From Planctomycetota bacterium (GTDB lineage: Bacteria > Planctomycetota > B15-G4): a stretch of DNA of 64,000 nucleotides. Shown piece after piece: positions 19,589 to 28,948 of this stretch (position 1 is the stretch's first letter; each line of letters starts with the position of its first letter). The notes beneath the pieces were generated by a model. The model was given only the letters and a program-made list of their open reading frames with translations, was not told the DNA's origin and ran no database searches. Position numbers and translations under genes: made by a program. Location: contig JBBQUR010000014.1 in NCBI GenBank assembly GCA_038212275.1, positions 73,533 to 137,532 of the forward strand, read 5' to 3'.

Positions 19589-20227
19589 TCAGGGCGGCCA
19601 GGGCAGGCAGGTCCGGCATGGCGAGCAACCGGCCGCAAGCAGTCCCGCCACGTCCCAGGTGCATTCGTGCCGCGCTGCATCCCGCGCCACCCACGGACAA
19701 TCGGCTCGATGGAAGCGTCCGGTGCTCCGCAGAAACGGGAGCGGACCGGCGGCCGAAAGCCGCGCGTGCACGCCACGTCGCGCGGCCACGGCCTGCGCCT
19801 GGAGTGCACGGAGCGCCGCGCTCTCGTCGATGTACGTCCACGCGAGTCCGGCCTGCACGAGTCCTGCCGAGAGGCTCTCGCCGTCCACTTCGAGATCCGC
19901 CAGCAGCCGCCCGTAGTGATCGCGAGGCGCTCGTGCGGGCCGCAGCACGAACGCGCGAGCTTCCAGAAAAGCCGCCGTGAATCGAGCGGCTTCCTTCGCA
20001 AGCGGTCGGCCGGTCTCGGGGCAGTCCACTCCCGGCAGGCGGACGCGCGTGCCGTCGGCGAGGCGCACGGTGTCGCCGTCGAGCACGGACACCGGGCCCG
20101 ACAACGTGGCGAGCGCCGCCGCTGCGGAAGTCCGCGGCGGCGGCGCCCGCAGGCCGGCGAGAACCACGCCGACCAGCACCAGCAGTGCCAGCCAGCGGCG
20201 CCGGGCCGCGAGGAAACGCGGGATCAG
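19589..20227 (-). CDS. Thermonuclease (SNase) family protein with C-terminal Ada-type metal-binding domain; start uncertain (CTG overlapping the ald stop)
   Basis: DGDT, VRL.GVDCPE, D.YGRLLA, AGLA; C-terminal FHRADC...GCSPCRTC; N-terminal RRRW plus hydrophobic anchor. Confidence 0.85.
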   Translation of the reverse strand: MIPRFLAARRRWLALLVLVGVVLAGLRAPPPRTSAAAALATLSGPVSVLDGDTVRLADGTRVRLPGVDCPETGRPLAKEAARFTAAFLEARAFVLRPARAPRDHYGRLLADLEVDGESLSAGLVQAGLAWTYIDESAALRALQAQAVAARRGVHARLSAAGPLPFLRSTGRFHRADCPWVARDAARHECTWDVAGLLAAGCSPCRTCLPWPP

Positions 20228-21336
20228 CCCAGCGCGGCGGCGAGCGGCACGAGCTGCCGGTCGAAGGCCTTCGCCACGCCTTCGTGCGTGATGGCGCCGC
20301 CCATGACGTTGGCGCCGTGCGCCAGCGACGCATCCGAGTTGAGCGCCTTGCGCACGCCGTCGCGCGCGAGGATGCGGGCGTAGGGCAGCGTCACGTTCGT
20401 CAGCGCGAAGGTGGACGTCCGCGGCACGGCACCCGGCATGTTGGCCACCGCGTAGTGCAGGATGCCATCCACCATGTAGGTCGGGTCCAGGTGCGTGGTC
20501 GGGTGGATGGTCTCCACGCAACCGCCCTGGTCCACGGCCACGTCCACGATGACGGCGCCCGGCGGAAGCAGCGAGAGGTCCGCGCGCGTGATGAGCTTGG
20601 GGGCCTTGTAGCCCGTGATCAGCACGGCGCCGATGACCAGATCCGCAGACGGCAGTTCCTCCAGGATGGCCAGACGGCTGCTGTGCCGCGTGATCACATT
20701 GGCAGGCATGACGTCATCGAGGTAGCGCAGGCGATCCATGGACGTGTCCATGATGGTGACGCGCGCGCCGAGTCCCGCAGCCATCTTCGCCGCATTGATG
20801 CCGACGATGCCGCCGCCCAGGATGAGCACATTGCCCGGCTTGACGCCCGGCACGCCGCCGAGCAGCACGCCGCGACCACCCATCGGCTTCTCGAGGTACT
20901 TCGCGCCCTCCTGCACGGCCATGCGGCCCGCGACCTCGGACATGGGCGTGAGCAGCGGCAGCGTGCCGCCGACCTGCACGGTCTCGTACGCGATGCAGTG
21001 CGAACCCGACTTCAGCATGGCGTCGGTGAGCGTCTCGCTCGCGGCAAAATGGAAGTAGGTGAAGAGCACCTGGCCCTTCTTGATGCGCTTGTACTCGACC
21101 TCGATCGGCTCCTTGACCTTCACGATCATGTCCGCCTCGCCGTAAACGGCGTCGGCATCGGGCAGCAGCTTCGCGCCGGCCCGGACGTACTCGGCGTCGG
21201 GGATGCCGCTGCCGAGACCGGCGCCCATCTGGACGCAGACCTGATGCCCGTCGCGCACCAGGACATCGGCGCCTGCGGGGGTCATGCCCACGCGGTTCTC
21301 ACTGGGCTTGATCTCGGACGGGACCCCGATCTTCAT
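20224..21336 (-). CDS. ald: Alanine dehydrogenase
   Basis: MKIGVP.EIK..ENRVG, KVKEP, PMSEVAGR, GGVPGV, DQGGC.ET, YAVANMPGAVPRTST. Confidence 0.97.
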   Translation of the reverse strand: MKIGVPSEIKPSENRVGMTPAGADVLVRDGHQVCVQMGAGLGSGIPDAEYVRAGAKLLPDADAVYGEADMIVKVKEPIEVEYKRIKKGQVLFTYFHFAASETLTDAMLKSGSHCIAYETVQVGGTLPLLTPMSEVAGRMAVQEGAKYLEKPMGGRGVLLGGVPGVKPGNVLILGGGIVGINAAKMAAGLGARVTIMDTSMDRLRYLDDVMPANVITRHSSRLAILEELPSADLVIGAVLITGYKAPKLITRADLSLLPPGAVIVDVAVDQGGCVETIHPTTHLDPTYMVDGILHYAVANMPGAVPRTSTFALTNVTLPYARILARDGVRKALNSDASLAHGANVMGGAITHEGVAKAFDRQLVPLAAALG

Positions 21337-21623
21337 GGCGGCTTCCTTGGCGTGGCGGGCAGGGAGTGGACGGCCACGCTGCGCCGGGAGGGCGCCACGG
21401 GACCGGTGGACAAACGCCCGCAGAGTTTATGGAAGCGCCGGCACCGGCGACAAGCCGCCCGCGCGGAGCGCGGGCCGGCGCGACGAGCCTCCGCACCCTG
21501 AACGTCCTCCCCGCCGGCTCGTCGGGAGAGGGCTGCGCAGATCTCCCGCAGGCCACTCGTTGATCGCGCACGCCGATCCGCGTATGACATGCGCCCTCGC
21601 GCCACGCGCGAACCCCATCCCGG

Positions 21624-21700
21624 GGGCGCATAGCTCAGTTGGTTAGAGCACCAGCTCGACAAGCTGGGGGTCGCAGGTTCGAATCCTGCTGCGCCCACCA
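21624..21700 (+). tRNA. tRNA-Val (GAC)
   Basis: Acceptor stem GGGCGCA/TGCGCCC, D-arm TAGCTCAGTTGGTTAGAGC, anticodon arm CCAGC-TCGACAA-GCTGG, T-loop GTTCGAATC, encoded CCA. Confidence 0.96.
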
Positions 21701-21732
21701 TGCTGGGTGGCCCGCAGACCCGCGAGGATCGC

Positions 21733-22980
21733 ATGCCCGTAGACCTCTCGGTCGCCGTGCCGCTGGCGTGGGTCATCCCCTTCGTGCTTCTCCTGCTGGC
21801 GATCGCGGTCTTCCCGCTGTTCGCGCCGCATTTCTGGGAGCACAACAGGAACAAGGGCATCGTCGCGGCAGTCCTCGGACTGCCGGTGGCCCTCTGGGCC
21901 TGGCAGACCCAGCCGCACGCGCTGATGGAGACGGCGCACGACTACGGGGCGTTCATGCTCCTGCTCGGCTCGCTCTTCGTGGTCGCCGGCGGCCTGTATC
22001 TGGACGGCGACCTGCGTGCCACGCCCAAGGTGAACTGCGTGTTCATGCTGATCGGCGCCGTGCTGGCCAATTTCGTGGGCACCACCGGCGCCGCGATGCT
22101 GCTCATCCGGCCGCTGCTGCGCACCAACAGCGAGCGCAAACACGTACGGCACACGGTGATCTTCTTCATCTTCATCGTGTGCAACGTCGGCGGCTGCCTC
22201 ACGCCGCTGGGCGATCCCCCGCTCTTCGTCGGCTACCTGCGCGGCGTGCCCTTCCTGTGGACGTTGAGGCTGTGGCCCGAGTGGCTCGCGATGAATCTCG
22301 CGCTGCTGGCGATCTACTACGTCTGGGACTCGCGGGCCATCCGCAAGGAAACGGCCAAGGCGCTGAAGGCCGACATCACGAACTTCGTGCCGCTGAGCCT
22401 TCAGGGCAAGGTGAACCTGCTGCTCCTGGCCGGAATCGTCCCGGCCGTCGCGCTTGCTCCCATGGGCACGCGCGAAGCCATCATGGCCGGCATCGCGCTG
22501 CTGTCCCTGGCGCTCACGCCCAGGGGCGTGCGCGCGCGCAACAGCTTCGCCTGGGGCCCGATCATCGAGGTCGCGGTGCTCTTCGCGGGAATCTTCGTGA
22601 CGATGCTGCCGGCGCTCGAGTACCTGCGCGAGCACGGGCCGGAACTCGGCGTGAAGACTCCGCTGCATTTCTTCTGGATCACAGGCTCGTTGTCGAGCTT
22701 CCTCGACAACACGCCCACGTACCTCACGCTGCTCGCGCTGGCGCAGAGTCTCGACATGCCGCGCCAGGTGGCCGGCGTCAGTCACGAGATCCTCACCGCC
22801 ATTTCGCTCGGCGCCGTCTTCATGGGTGCGATGACGTACATCGGCAACGGCCCGAACTTCATGGTGAAGGCCATCGCCGACAGCAGCGGCGTGAAGATGC
22901 CTACCTTCTTCGGATTCCTGCTCTACAGCGTGGCGATCCTGCTGCCGCTCCTGGCCGTGCTGAGCCTGGTGACCTTCTAG
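21733..22980 (+). CDS. IT-superfamily sodium:proton antiporter / citrate transporter-like membrane protein
   Basis: GAGGA RBS; GTTGAAMLL, NVGGCLTPLGDPPL, LSSFLDNTPTY, GAMTYIGNGPNFMVK. Confidence 0.9.
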   Translation: MPVDLSVAVPLAWVIPFVLLLLAIAVFPLFAPHFWEHNRNKGIVAAVLGLPVALWAWQTQPHALMETAHDYGAFMLLLGSLFVVAGGLYLDGDLRATPKVNCVFMLIGAVLANFVGTTGAAMLLIRPLLRTNSERKHVRHTVIFFIFIVCNVGGCLTPLGDPPLFVGYLRGVPFLWTLRLWPEWLAMNLALLAIYYVWDSRAIRKETAKALKADITNFVPLSLQGKVNLLLLAGIVPAVALAPMGTREAIMAGIALLSLALTPRGVRARNSFAWGPIIEVAVLFAGIFVTMLPALEYLREHGPELGVKTPLHFFWITGSLSSFLDNTPTYLTLLALAQSLDMPRQVAGVSHEILTAISLGAVFMGAMTYIGNGPNFMVKAIADSSGVKMPTFFGFLLYSVAILLPLLAVLSLVTF

Positions 22981-23274
22981 CGGGCGGCCCGCGCCGGACA
23001 TGTCCGGCTCCGGTCAGGCCCGCTCCGGGCCGGTCCCGGGCGGCCCCGCGCGGCCGGTCGATCCAGCGAGAGGGCCATGTACGCGGCCGCAGACCCCTCC
23101 CCGCGCCTCCCGCCGGCCGGAAGCCGCCGCCATGCACCCCGCTGGTTTCGTGCCGCCACGGCTTCCCCCGCAGATCGCTTTCGTGCGGCGCCTCAAGCCA
23201 CGCGGAGCATGCAACCGATGAACACCTCCGATTCGAGCCTGGCCGCGGGTGGCCGGGGGGCAGCGAGGTAGTGC

Positions 23275-23790
23275 GTGGGCAACACGACAAGAAGCGAGAC
23301 CGGGCTGGCGGCTCTCGAGTTCGTCATCGTGGTGAGCGTGCTCGTGCTGCTCACGGGTGTGCTCGTGCCGTCCATCGACCGAGCCGTGCTCGAGAGTCAG
23401 CGCAAGGACGCAGCCGCCGCCATGTCGGGCCTCGCGGAAGGCATCCGGCAGTACCACCGAGACACCGGTGCCTGGCCGAGCGCGGGCACGCCCGAGACCG
23501 TCAAGGCGTCGTTTGAAGTGGCCGAAGCCTTCACCTGCCTGCGCGAGAACATCCACGGCCTCTCCGGCTGGAGCGGGCCGTACGTGGGCCCCACCGTCGC
23601 GGCCCTGCGCGACCCATGGGGTCAGCCCTTCGTGATCTACACGTTTGCTGCGGACTATCTGCACTCCGGCGGCGGCATCTGCATCGTCAGCGGCGGTCCC
23701 GACGGCAGCGTGCTGACGCATCGCGCCGCCATCCTCGTCGGCACCGCGACGCAGGACGACCTCGTCGCGGTCGTCACTCCCGGCCTCTGA
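23275..23790 (+). CDS. Type II secretion / type IV pilin-like protein (GspG-like)
   Basis: Class III signal G|LAALEFVIVVSVLVLL with Glu at +5; Y..DTG.WP, W.GPY, DPWGQPF, S.GPDG. Confidence 0.78.
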   Translation: MGNTTRSETGLAALEFVIVVSVLVLLTGVLVPSIDRAVLESQRKDAAAAMSGLAEGIRQYHRDTGAWPSAGTPETVKASFEVAEAFTCLRENIHGLSGWSGPYVGPTVAALRDPWGQPFVIYTFAADYLHSGGGICIVSGGPDGSVLTHRAAILVGTATQDDLVAVVTPGL

Positions 23791-23900
23791 GGTCCCGGAT
23801 CCGCGGGCGCGATCCAGCCACTCGCCCAACGGCCCCCGGCCCGGCACAGTAGTGAGCCCGGACGTCCGTTCCGCTGCTCCTGTCGACCTCGAGGTGGCCC

Positions 23901-25247
23901 ATGCCTTTCGCGCTGCTCGCGTTGCTGCTCCTGATCTGCTGCCCCTCGGTCGTCGCGCAGGCGAGCGGCGGCCCGACGCCTGAACGACTGATCTCCGAGC
24001 GCACCACGCCGGTCGTGGTCGTGGTGCGCGACGTCGGCCCCTCGGTGGTCAACGTCTATCAGGAACTCGTGCAGGAAGTCGAGCGCCCCTATCCCTACAA
24101 CCTGCTGTACGGACCGCAGCGCTCCACGTACTCCAGTCTCGGGTCCGGCTTCGTCATCGATCGCGACGGCTACATCCTGACCAACGCGCACGTCATCCAG
24201 GGCGGCGACAAGGGCATCAAGATCAGCCTCTCCGACGGCACCACGTATCCGGCCGAACGCGTGGCCGTGGATCCCGACAGCGACGTGGCGCTGCTGCACA
24301 TCGTGCCCGATGCCGACCACCCGCTGCAGCCCGCGCCGATCGGCACGTCGTCGGATCTCATGGTCGGCGAGACCGTCATCGCGATCGGCAACCCGCTGGG
24401 CAAGGAGAACAGCGTCGCGACCGGCATCGTCAGCTCGCTCTTTCGCGACGTGCGCGTGCCGCTGTCGGCCCGTGGCGCGCGAGGCCAGCTCTCGCCGGCC
24501 TTCAAGGACTTCATCCAGATCGACGCACCCATCAATCCGGGCAACAGCGGCGGACCGCTGCTCAATATCCACGGCGAGGTCATCGGCATCAACTTCGCCA
24601 TCGCGAGCGACGCGCAGGGCATCGGCTTCGCGATCCCGATCGATCGCGTGCGCAGGAGCCTCATCGGCAATCTGCTCAACCCGCGCCTCAATCGCACCGT
24701 GGTGACGGGACTCGAGGTCGCCGGCGATCGCACCGGCAAGCACGTCACGCTCACGCAGGTCACGCCCGACGGCCCCGCCGCGAAGGCCGGCCTGCAGGTC
24801 GGCGATGAGCTGGTCGACGTGCTCGCGCAACCGATCACCTGGGAATTCGATTTCAGCAAGGCGCTGCTCGAGACGCGACCGGGCGACCGCATTCCCGTGA
24901 CCGTCCAGCGCGGCGAGCACACGATCCGCGCCAGCATCGAGCTGGCGCGCGACAACTCGCCGCTGCTCACCATCTGGCGCATGCTCGGGCTCGCGGTCGT
25001 CGACCACCCGAAGTTCAAGGGCGTGCTCGTGGAGCGCGTGGACCCCGCGGGCCCCGGCGCGCAGATCGGCATCCAGGCCGGCGACCTCATCGACGGACTC
25101 GGCGATCAGCTCGCGGACTCGGCCCTCGACCTCTACTCGGCCATCGCCGAGCAGGCGCCCGGCACCCTCGTCACCATTCATGTCTGGCGCGCCAACGTGG
25201 CCTCCGCAGGCCAGCTCCGGCTGGCGCCCGCCACGGACACGCGCTGA
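23901..25247 (+). CDS. HtrA/DegP-family serine protease with PDZ domains
   Basis: Signal peptide, GSGFVI, TNAHV, DVALL, IQIDAPINPGNSGGPL, two PDZ-like GPA..AG...GD segments. Confidence 0.95.
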   Translation: MPFALLALLLLICCPSVVAQASGGPTPERLISERTTPVVVVVRDVGPSVVNVYQELVQEVERPYPYNLLYGPQRSTYSSLGSGFVIDRDGYILTNAHVIQGGDKGIKISLSDGTTYPAERVAVDPDSDVALLHIVPDADHPLQPAPIGTSSDLMVGETVIAIGNPLGKENSVATGIVSSLFRDVRVPLSARGARGQLSPAFKDFIQIDAPINPGNSGGPLLNIHGEVIGINFAIASDAQGIGFAIPIDRVRRSLIGNLLNPRLNRTVVTGLEVAGDRTGKHVTLTQVTPDGPAAKAGLQVGDELVDVLAQPITWEFDFSKALLETRPGDRIPVTVQRGEHTIRASIELARDNSPLLTIWRMLGLAVVDHPKFKGVLVERVDPAGPGAQIGIQAGDLIDGLGDQLADSALDLYSAIAEQAPGTLVTIHVWRANVASAGQLRLAPATDTR

Positions 25248-25407
25248 ACGGCGCCCTGCGCCATTCGTCGTCGCCTGTCCGGGAACGTGCGGCACGCGAA
25301 CTCGCCCGGGCGGAGGCCTGCCCGGGAGCGCGTGGCGCACGTTGGCCATCGTCGGGTCGCGGGGTATTCTGCGTCCGACCCAGTCACTTCCCGCGGGCGC
25401 CCCGTCG

Positions 25408-25560
25408 ATGAGTTCCTTCAAGCAGTTCCTGGCCGAGAACAAGCTCTGGTGGATCATCCCCATCGTGATCGTGCTGGGGCTCGTGGCGTGGATGCTGTTC
25501 GCCGACACGGACGCGGACAAGGCCGAAGCCGCCTCGCCCTTCATCTACGACTCGTACTGA
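25408..25560 (+). CDS. Small membrane protein, DUF5989-like (50 aa)
   Basis: FL.ENKLWWIIPIVIVLGL...SPFIY pattern; single TM helix. Confidence 0.75.
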   Translation: MSSFKQFLAENKLWWIIPIVIVLGLVAWMLFADTDADKAEAASPFIYDSY

Positions 25561-25576
25561 GCGGCGGACGCCGCTG

Positions 25577-26278
25577 GTGTCGCCGCTGACCCCGGAGGAC
25601 GCGGCCACCCGGGCTTCCGTCGCACAGCGCATCGGGTGGCTCGGCGGCAGCTTCGACCCGGTGCACACCGGGCACCTTCACATCGCGCGACTCGCGGCCG
25701 ACGCCTTCGCCCTGCAGAGCGTGCTCTTCGTGCCGGCCAGCCGGCCGCCGCACAAGCAGGAGCTCCGGCTGGCCCCGGCCGCAGATCGTCTCGCGCTGCT
25801 GGCCATCGCCTGCAGGGTCGACAGCCGGTTCAGGCCGCTCGATCTCGAGTTGCGCCGCGACGGACTCTCGTACAGCTACGACACGGCGCGCGAGTTGCTC
25901 GGGCTGCTGCCTCCGGGGAGCCGGCTGTACGCCATCATCGGCGCGGACACGCTGGCGGACCTGGCCTCCTGGCATCGCATCCGGGAGCTGGCGGCTCTCG
26001 TCCAGTTCTGCCCCGTCACGCGGGCCGGCCAGTCGCTGCAGCAGCCGGCGCTCGCGCAGGTGCTTGGCCCCGATGCTGCGGCGGATGTGGCGCGCCACGC
26101 CCTGCCTGCACCGCCGCACCCGGCTTCCTCCACGACCATCCGCGAGGCCCTGGCGCGCGGCGAGCATCCCGCCTGGCTGCCGCCCGGTGTCGAGGAGGAG
26201 ATCCGGAGGCGTGGCCTTTACGGAGCCGGCGGCGCCTCGTCCAGCGACAGTTCGGGCGCGCTGCGCTCGAGGCCGTAG
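25577..26278 (+). CDS. nadD: Nicotinate-nucleotide adenylyltransferase
   Basis: GGSFDPVHTGH, PPHK, SYSYDT, IIGAD...L..W, SSTTIR. Confidence 0.93.
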   Translation: MSPLTPEDAATRASVAQRIGWLGGSFDPVHTGHLHIARLAADAFALQSVLFVPASRPPHKQELRLAPAADRLALLAIACRVDSRFRPLDLELRRDGLSYSYDTARELLGLLPPGSRLYAIIGADTLADLASWHRIRELAALVQFCPVTRAGQSLQQPALAQVLGPDAAADVARHALPAPPHPASSTTIREALARGEHPAWLPPGVEEEIRRRGLYGAGGASSSDSSGALRSRP

Positions 26279-27735
26279 GCGTAGATCAGCCGGCCCTGCG
26301 CCGCCAGCAATCCGGCGCGCGCGACCTCGAGGTCGAGCTTGGCGCGCGTCTCGTTGTCGATGGCGGTCAGCAGATCGCGCTGCGTCTGGCGCACCTGGAA
26401 GGGCGTCGAGAGGTCGTTTTCCAGGCGCCGCTTCTCGCCCTCGTAGACCTCGCGATTCAGGCGCGTGGTCTCGGATGTGGCCGCGACGCGCTCGATCTGC
26501 AGCTGCACCTCGCGGCTTGCGTTGCGGACCTCGAAGACCGTCGTGAGCTCCGACTCGGCGAGGTCCACGCCGGCGCGCGCGCGCGCGATCTGCGCCTGAC
26601 GCAGCGCGTAACCTGCGGTGCGATTGCCGAGCGGCATCTCGAAGCCGACGGTGATGCGCTGCTCGTTGAAGGTCGTGTCGTCAAGCGCGGAGAAGGTGTC
26701 GCCGTAGCTCGCCTGGTTGGCGTTCAGGCCGTAGCTGCCCGTGAGGTCGAGGCGCGGGCGCGTCTGGTTCAGCGCACGGCGTTCCTCCACCTCCGAGCGC
26801 TGCAGGCGCTGCTGCGCCGAGGCCACGTCGGCGCGGTACTGCAGGGCGACGTCGAGCGCCGCGTCCTCGTCGATCTCCACCGCCTGCGCCGGCGCGGGCG
26901 CCGTGACGGGGCGCAGTTCGGCATGCCAGCTGTCGCGGTCCGCCGGCGCGAAGATCAGTCTGCGCAACTCGTCTTCCGCGGTCTGCGACTGGTTGCGCGC
27001 GGTCAGCAGCTCTTCCTGTCGCTGGGCGAGCTCGGCATCCACCTCGGTCACGTTGATGCGGTTCTGGAGACCCTGCTCGAACTTGCGCTTGGTGATGTCG
27101 CGCAGCTCGGTGGCCAGACTCACTGACTCGATGCGCGTCTTGAGGTTCTGCCGCGCGAAGACCAGGTTCCAGTAGGACACCGTGACCGTCTGGAGCGTGC
27201 TGGTCGCGATGGTCTCCGCGTTCAGCGCGGCGATCGTGGCGTCGGCCCTGGCCAGCTCGAGACCGCTGATCGGGTAGTCGTCCGCGCCGTTGCGCAACAG
27301 TGGTTGCGTGAGCGCAAGGCTCCACGCGCCGGTGAAGACCTCCGATTCGAAGTCAGTCGACGTGGTCTTGCTCGCGCGCGGTCCGCCGCTCAGTTCCCAC
27401 TGCGTGCCGGTGAGCCACTGCCCGCGAAACCCGGTCAGAAAGTTGAGCGAGTCCGTCTTGGTCGCGGCGCTGCCGCCGACGTCGACACCACCCACGAAGT
27501 TGGAAGGCGAAGGTGCGGTCGTGCGCCGGTCCACGGTGCCGTCCAAGAAGAAGGTCGTGTCGAAAGCTCCCCACGCGGAGTTGAAGTTGGCGATGGCGCC
27601 CTCGGCATCCAGGCGCGTGGCCTTCAGCGGCAGGTTGTTCACGAGCGCCAGGTGGATGCAGTCATCCAGCGTGAGGTCGATGGGCTGCGGATCGGTGCCG
27701 GCAACGAGCATCAGGAGCAACGGAGCGATGATCAT
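26218..27735 (-). CDS. TolC-family outer membrane efflux protein
   Basis: Signal peptide, LTLDDCI.LAL.NN, LTQPLLR, Y..L, P.LDL...Y; two OEP repeats. Confidence 0.9.
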   Translation of the reverse strand: MIIAPLLLMLVAGTDPQPIDLTLDDCIHLALVNNLPLKATRLDAEGAIANFNSAWGAFDTTFFLDGTVDRRTTAPSPSNFVGGVDVGGSAATKTDSLNFLTGFRGQWLTGTQWELSGGPRASKTTSTDFESEVFTGAWSLALTQPLLRNGADDYPISGLELARADATIAALNAETIATSTLQTVTVSYWNLVFARQNLKTRIESVSLATELRDITKRKFEQGLQNRINVTEVDAELAQRQEELLTARNQSQTAEDELRRLIFAPADRDSWHAELRPVTAPAPAQAVEIDEDAALDVALQYRADVASAQQRLQRSEVEERRALNQTRPRLDLTGSYGLNANQASYGDTFSALDDTTFNEQRITVGFEMPLGNRTAGYALRQAQIARARAGVDLAESELTTVFEVRNASREVQLQIERVAATSETTRLNREVYEGEKRRLENDLSTPFQVRQTQRDLLTAIDNETRAKLDLEVARAGLLAAQGRLIYAYGLERSAPELSLDEAPPAP

Positions 27736-28439
27736 GGCCGGGATTGTCCCTTGTCGCGGCTGCTGGCCGCACGATCGGCCCGGGACGTTAGCAAAGTTGC
27801 CACGTTCTCGACACCTGCAGCGATCTCCTTGCGCAGGCAGATGCGACCCGCGGCGCGCAGCCTCTGCGTCCGGCCCGGCGTGAAGCAATCGGGGACCTCG
27901 TTCGCCATCCAGCGCAACTCGTCCAGCGCCTGCGTCGAGGTCCACTCGTCGGCCGATTGCAGCAGCGAGAGCAGCATGGTCAGCGTGGCGTCGATGCGCT
28001 CTTCGGTGTCGCGGATCTCCATCAGCCAGACATTGCGACGCGCGTAGGAAAGCTTGGCGGCGTAGTGCGGGTCGCGCGACGAGACGCGCTCCACGACCTC
28101 GTAGCGGCCGGCGCTGCGATAGGGCCTCAGGAAGAGGAGATCCTCATCGCCGAACTGGAATTCCTGACTCACGCTGAAGACGGACACGTCGTCGTCCGCG
28201 TGCACCGTGCTGCCGACCATGCGTTCCAGCACGCGGACGTGCAGCAGGGACGAGCCGAGGCCGGCGTCGCGCACCGAGATCGTCCGCCCGACTACCACCA
28301 GCGGGCAGCGCGCGAGCATCTCGATGCCGAGCCGCGTGGGCGGCACGGCGGTCTGCCGTGCCGATTGCAGTGGCGCGGCGGCCGCGCTTCCCGCCATGCA
28401 GGCGACGAGCAGCAGCAGCAAGCAGGGCAGGCGTCGCAT
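27732..28439 (-). CDS. Hypothetical secreted protein
   Basis: Signal peptide MRRLPCLLLLLVAC; overlaps the tsaE stop (TGATG) and the tolC start. Confidence 0.75.
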   Translation of the reverse strand: MRRLPCLLLLLVACMAGSAAAAPLQSARQTAVPPTRLGIEMLARCPLVVVGRTISVRDAGLGSSLLHVRVLERMVGSTVHADDDVSVFSVSQEFQFGDEDLLFLRPYRSAGRYEVVERVSSRDPHYAAKLSYARRNVWLMEIRDTEERIDATLTMLLSLLQSADEWTSTQALDELRWMANEVPDCFTPGRTQRLRAAGRICLRKEIAAGVENVATLLTSRADRAASSRDKGQSRP

Positions 28440-28948
28440 CAGAGGGCTTCCCCGTCGGGTGGCGCGCCGCGGCGCCAGTGCGCCCGCCGCGCGGTCTCGT
28501 GAGGCCCGGCGCCCTCGGGCAGCGTGAGCTCCAGCCACAGCGTGTCGGCGGGCAGTGCTCCGCTGACGCGGTCGGCCCACTCCACCACCGCGATGGCGCC
28601 CTGCCGGCGCACGTCGGGCAGCCCGGCGCGCTGCAGGTCGTCCGCATCGCCCAGGAAGTAGGCGTCGAAGTGTGCGAGCGTCACCCGGCCGCCGAGATAG
28701 ACGTTCAGCCCGAGATAGCTGGGCGAGCACACGCCGGCTTCGGCCGGAACGCCGAGCGCCGCAGCCAGCCCGCGCGTGAACTCGGTCTTCCCGGCGCCGA
28801 GGTCGCCGACGAGTGCGAGCACGTCGCCGGCGACGAGTCGCCGCGCGAGGTCGGCGGCCAGCGCATGCGTCGCCGCCGTGTCGGGCAGGAGGCGTGTGCC
28901 GGAGAGTCCGGCAGGCGCAGCCGTCGTCGCGTCGAGCTCAGAACTCAT
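28439..28948 (-). CDS. tsaE: tRNA t6A biosynthesis ATPase TsaE
   Basis: L.GDLGAGKT.F.RG, V.SPSY, HFDAY, VVEWA. Confidence 0.92.
   Translation of the reverse strand: MSSELDATTAAPAGLSGTRLLPDTAATHALAADLARRLVAGDVLALVGDLGAGKTEFTRGLAAALGVPAEAGVCSPSYLGLNVYLGGRVTLAHFDAYFLGDADDLQRAGLPDVRRQGAIAVVEWADRVSGALPADTLWLELTLPEGAGPHETARRAHWRRGAPPDGEAL

Noticed and set aside
22993-23008. Palindrome GCCGGACATGTCCGGC resembling the arms of the 47.7 kb element
   Set aside because: Short, arms in the opposite order, plausible by chance or as a simple 3' hairpin
21624-23800. tRNA as an integration site for an island
   Set aside because: No integrase and no duplicated tRNA 3' end noticed in the window
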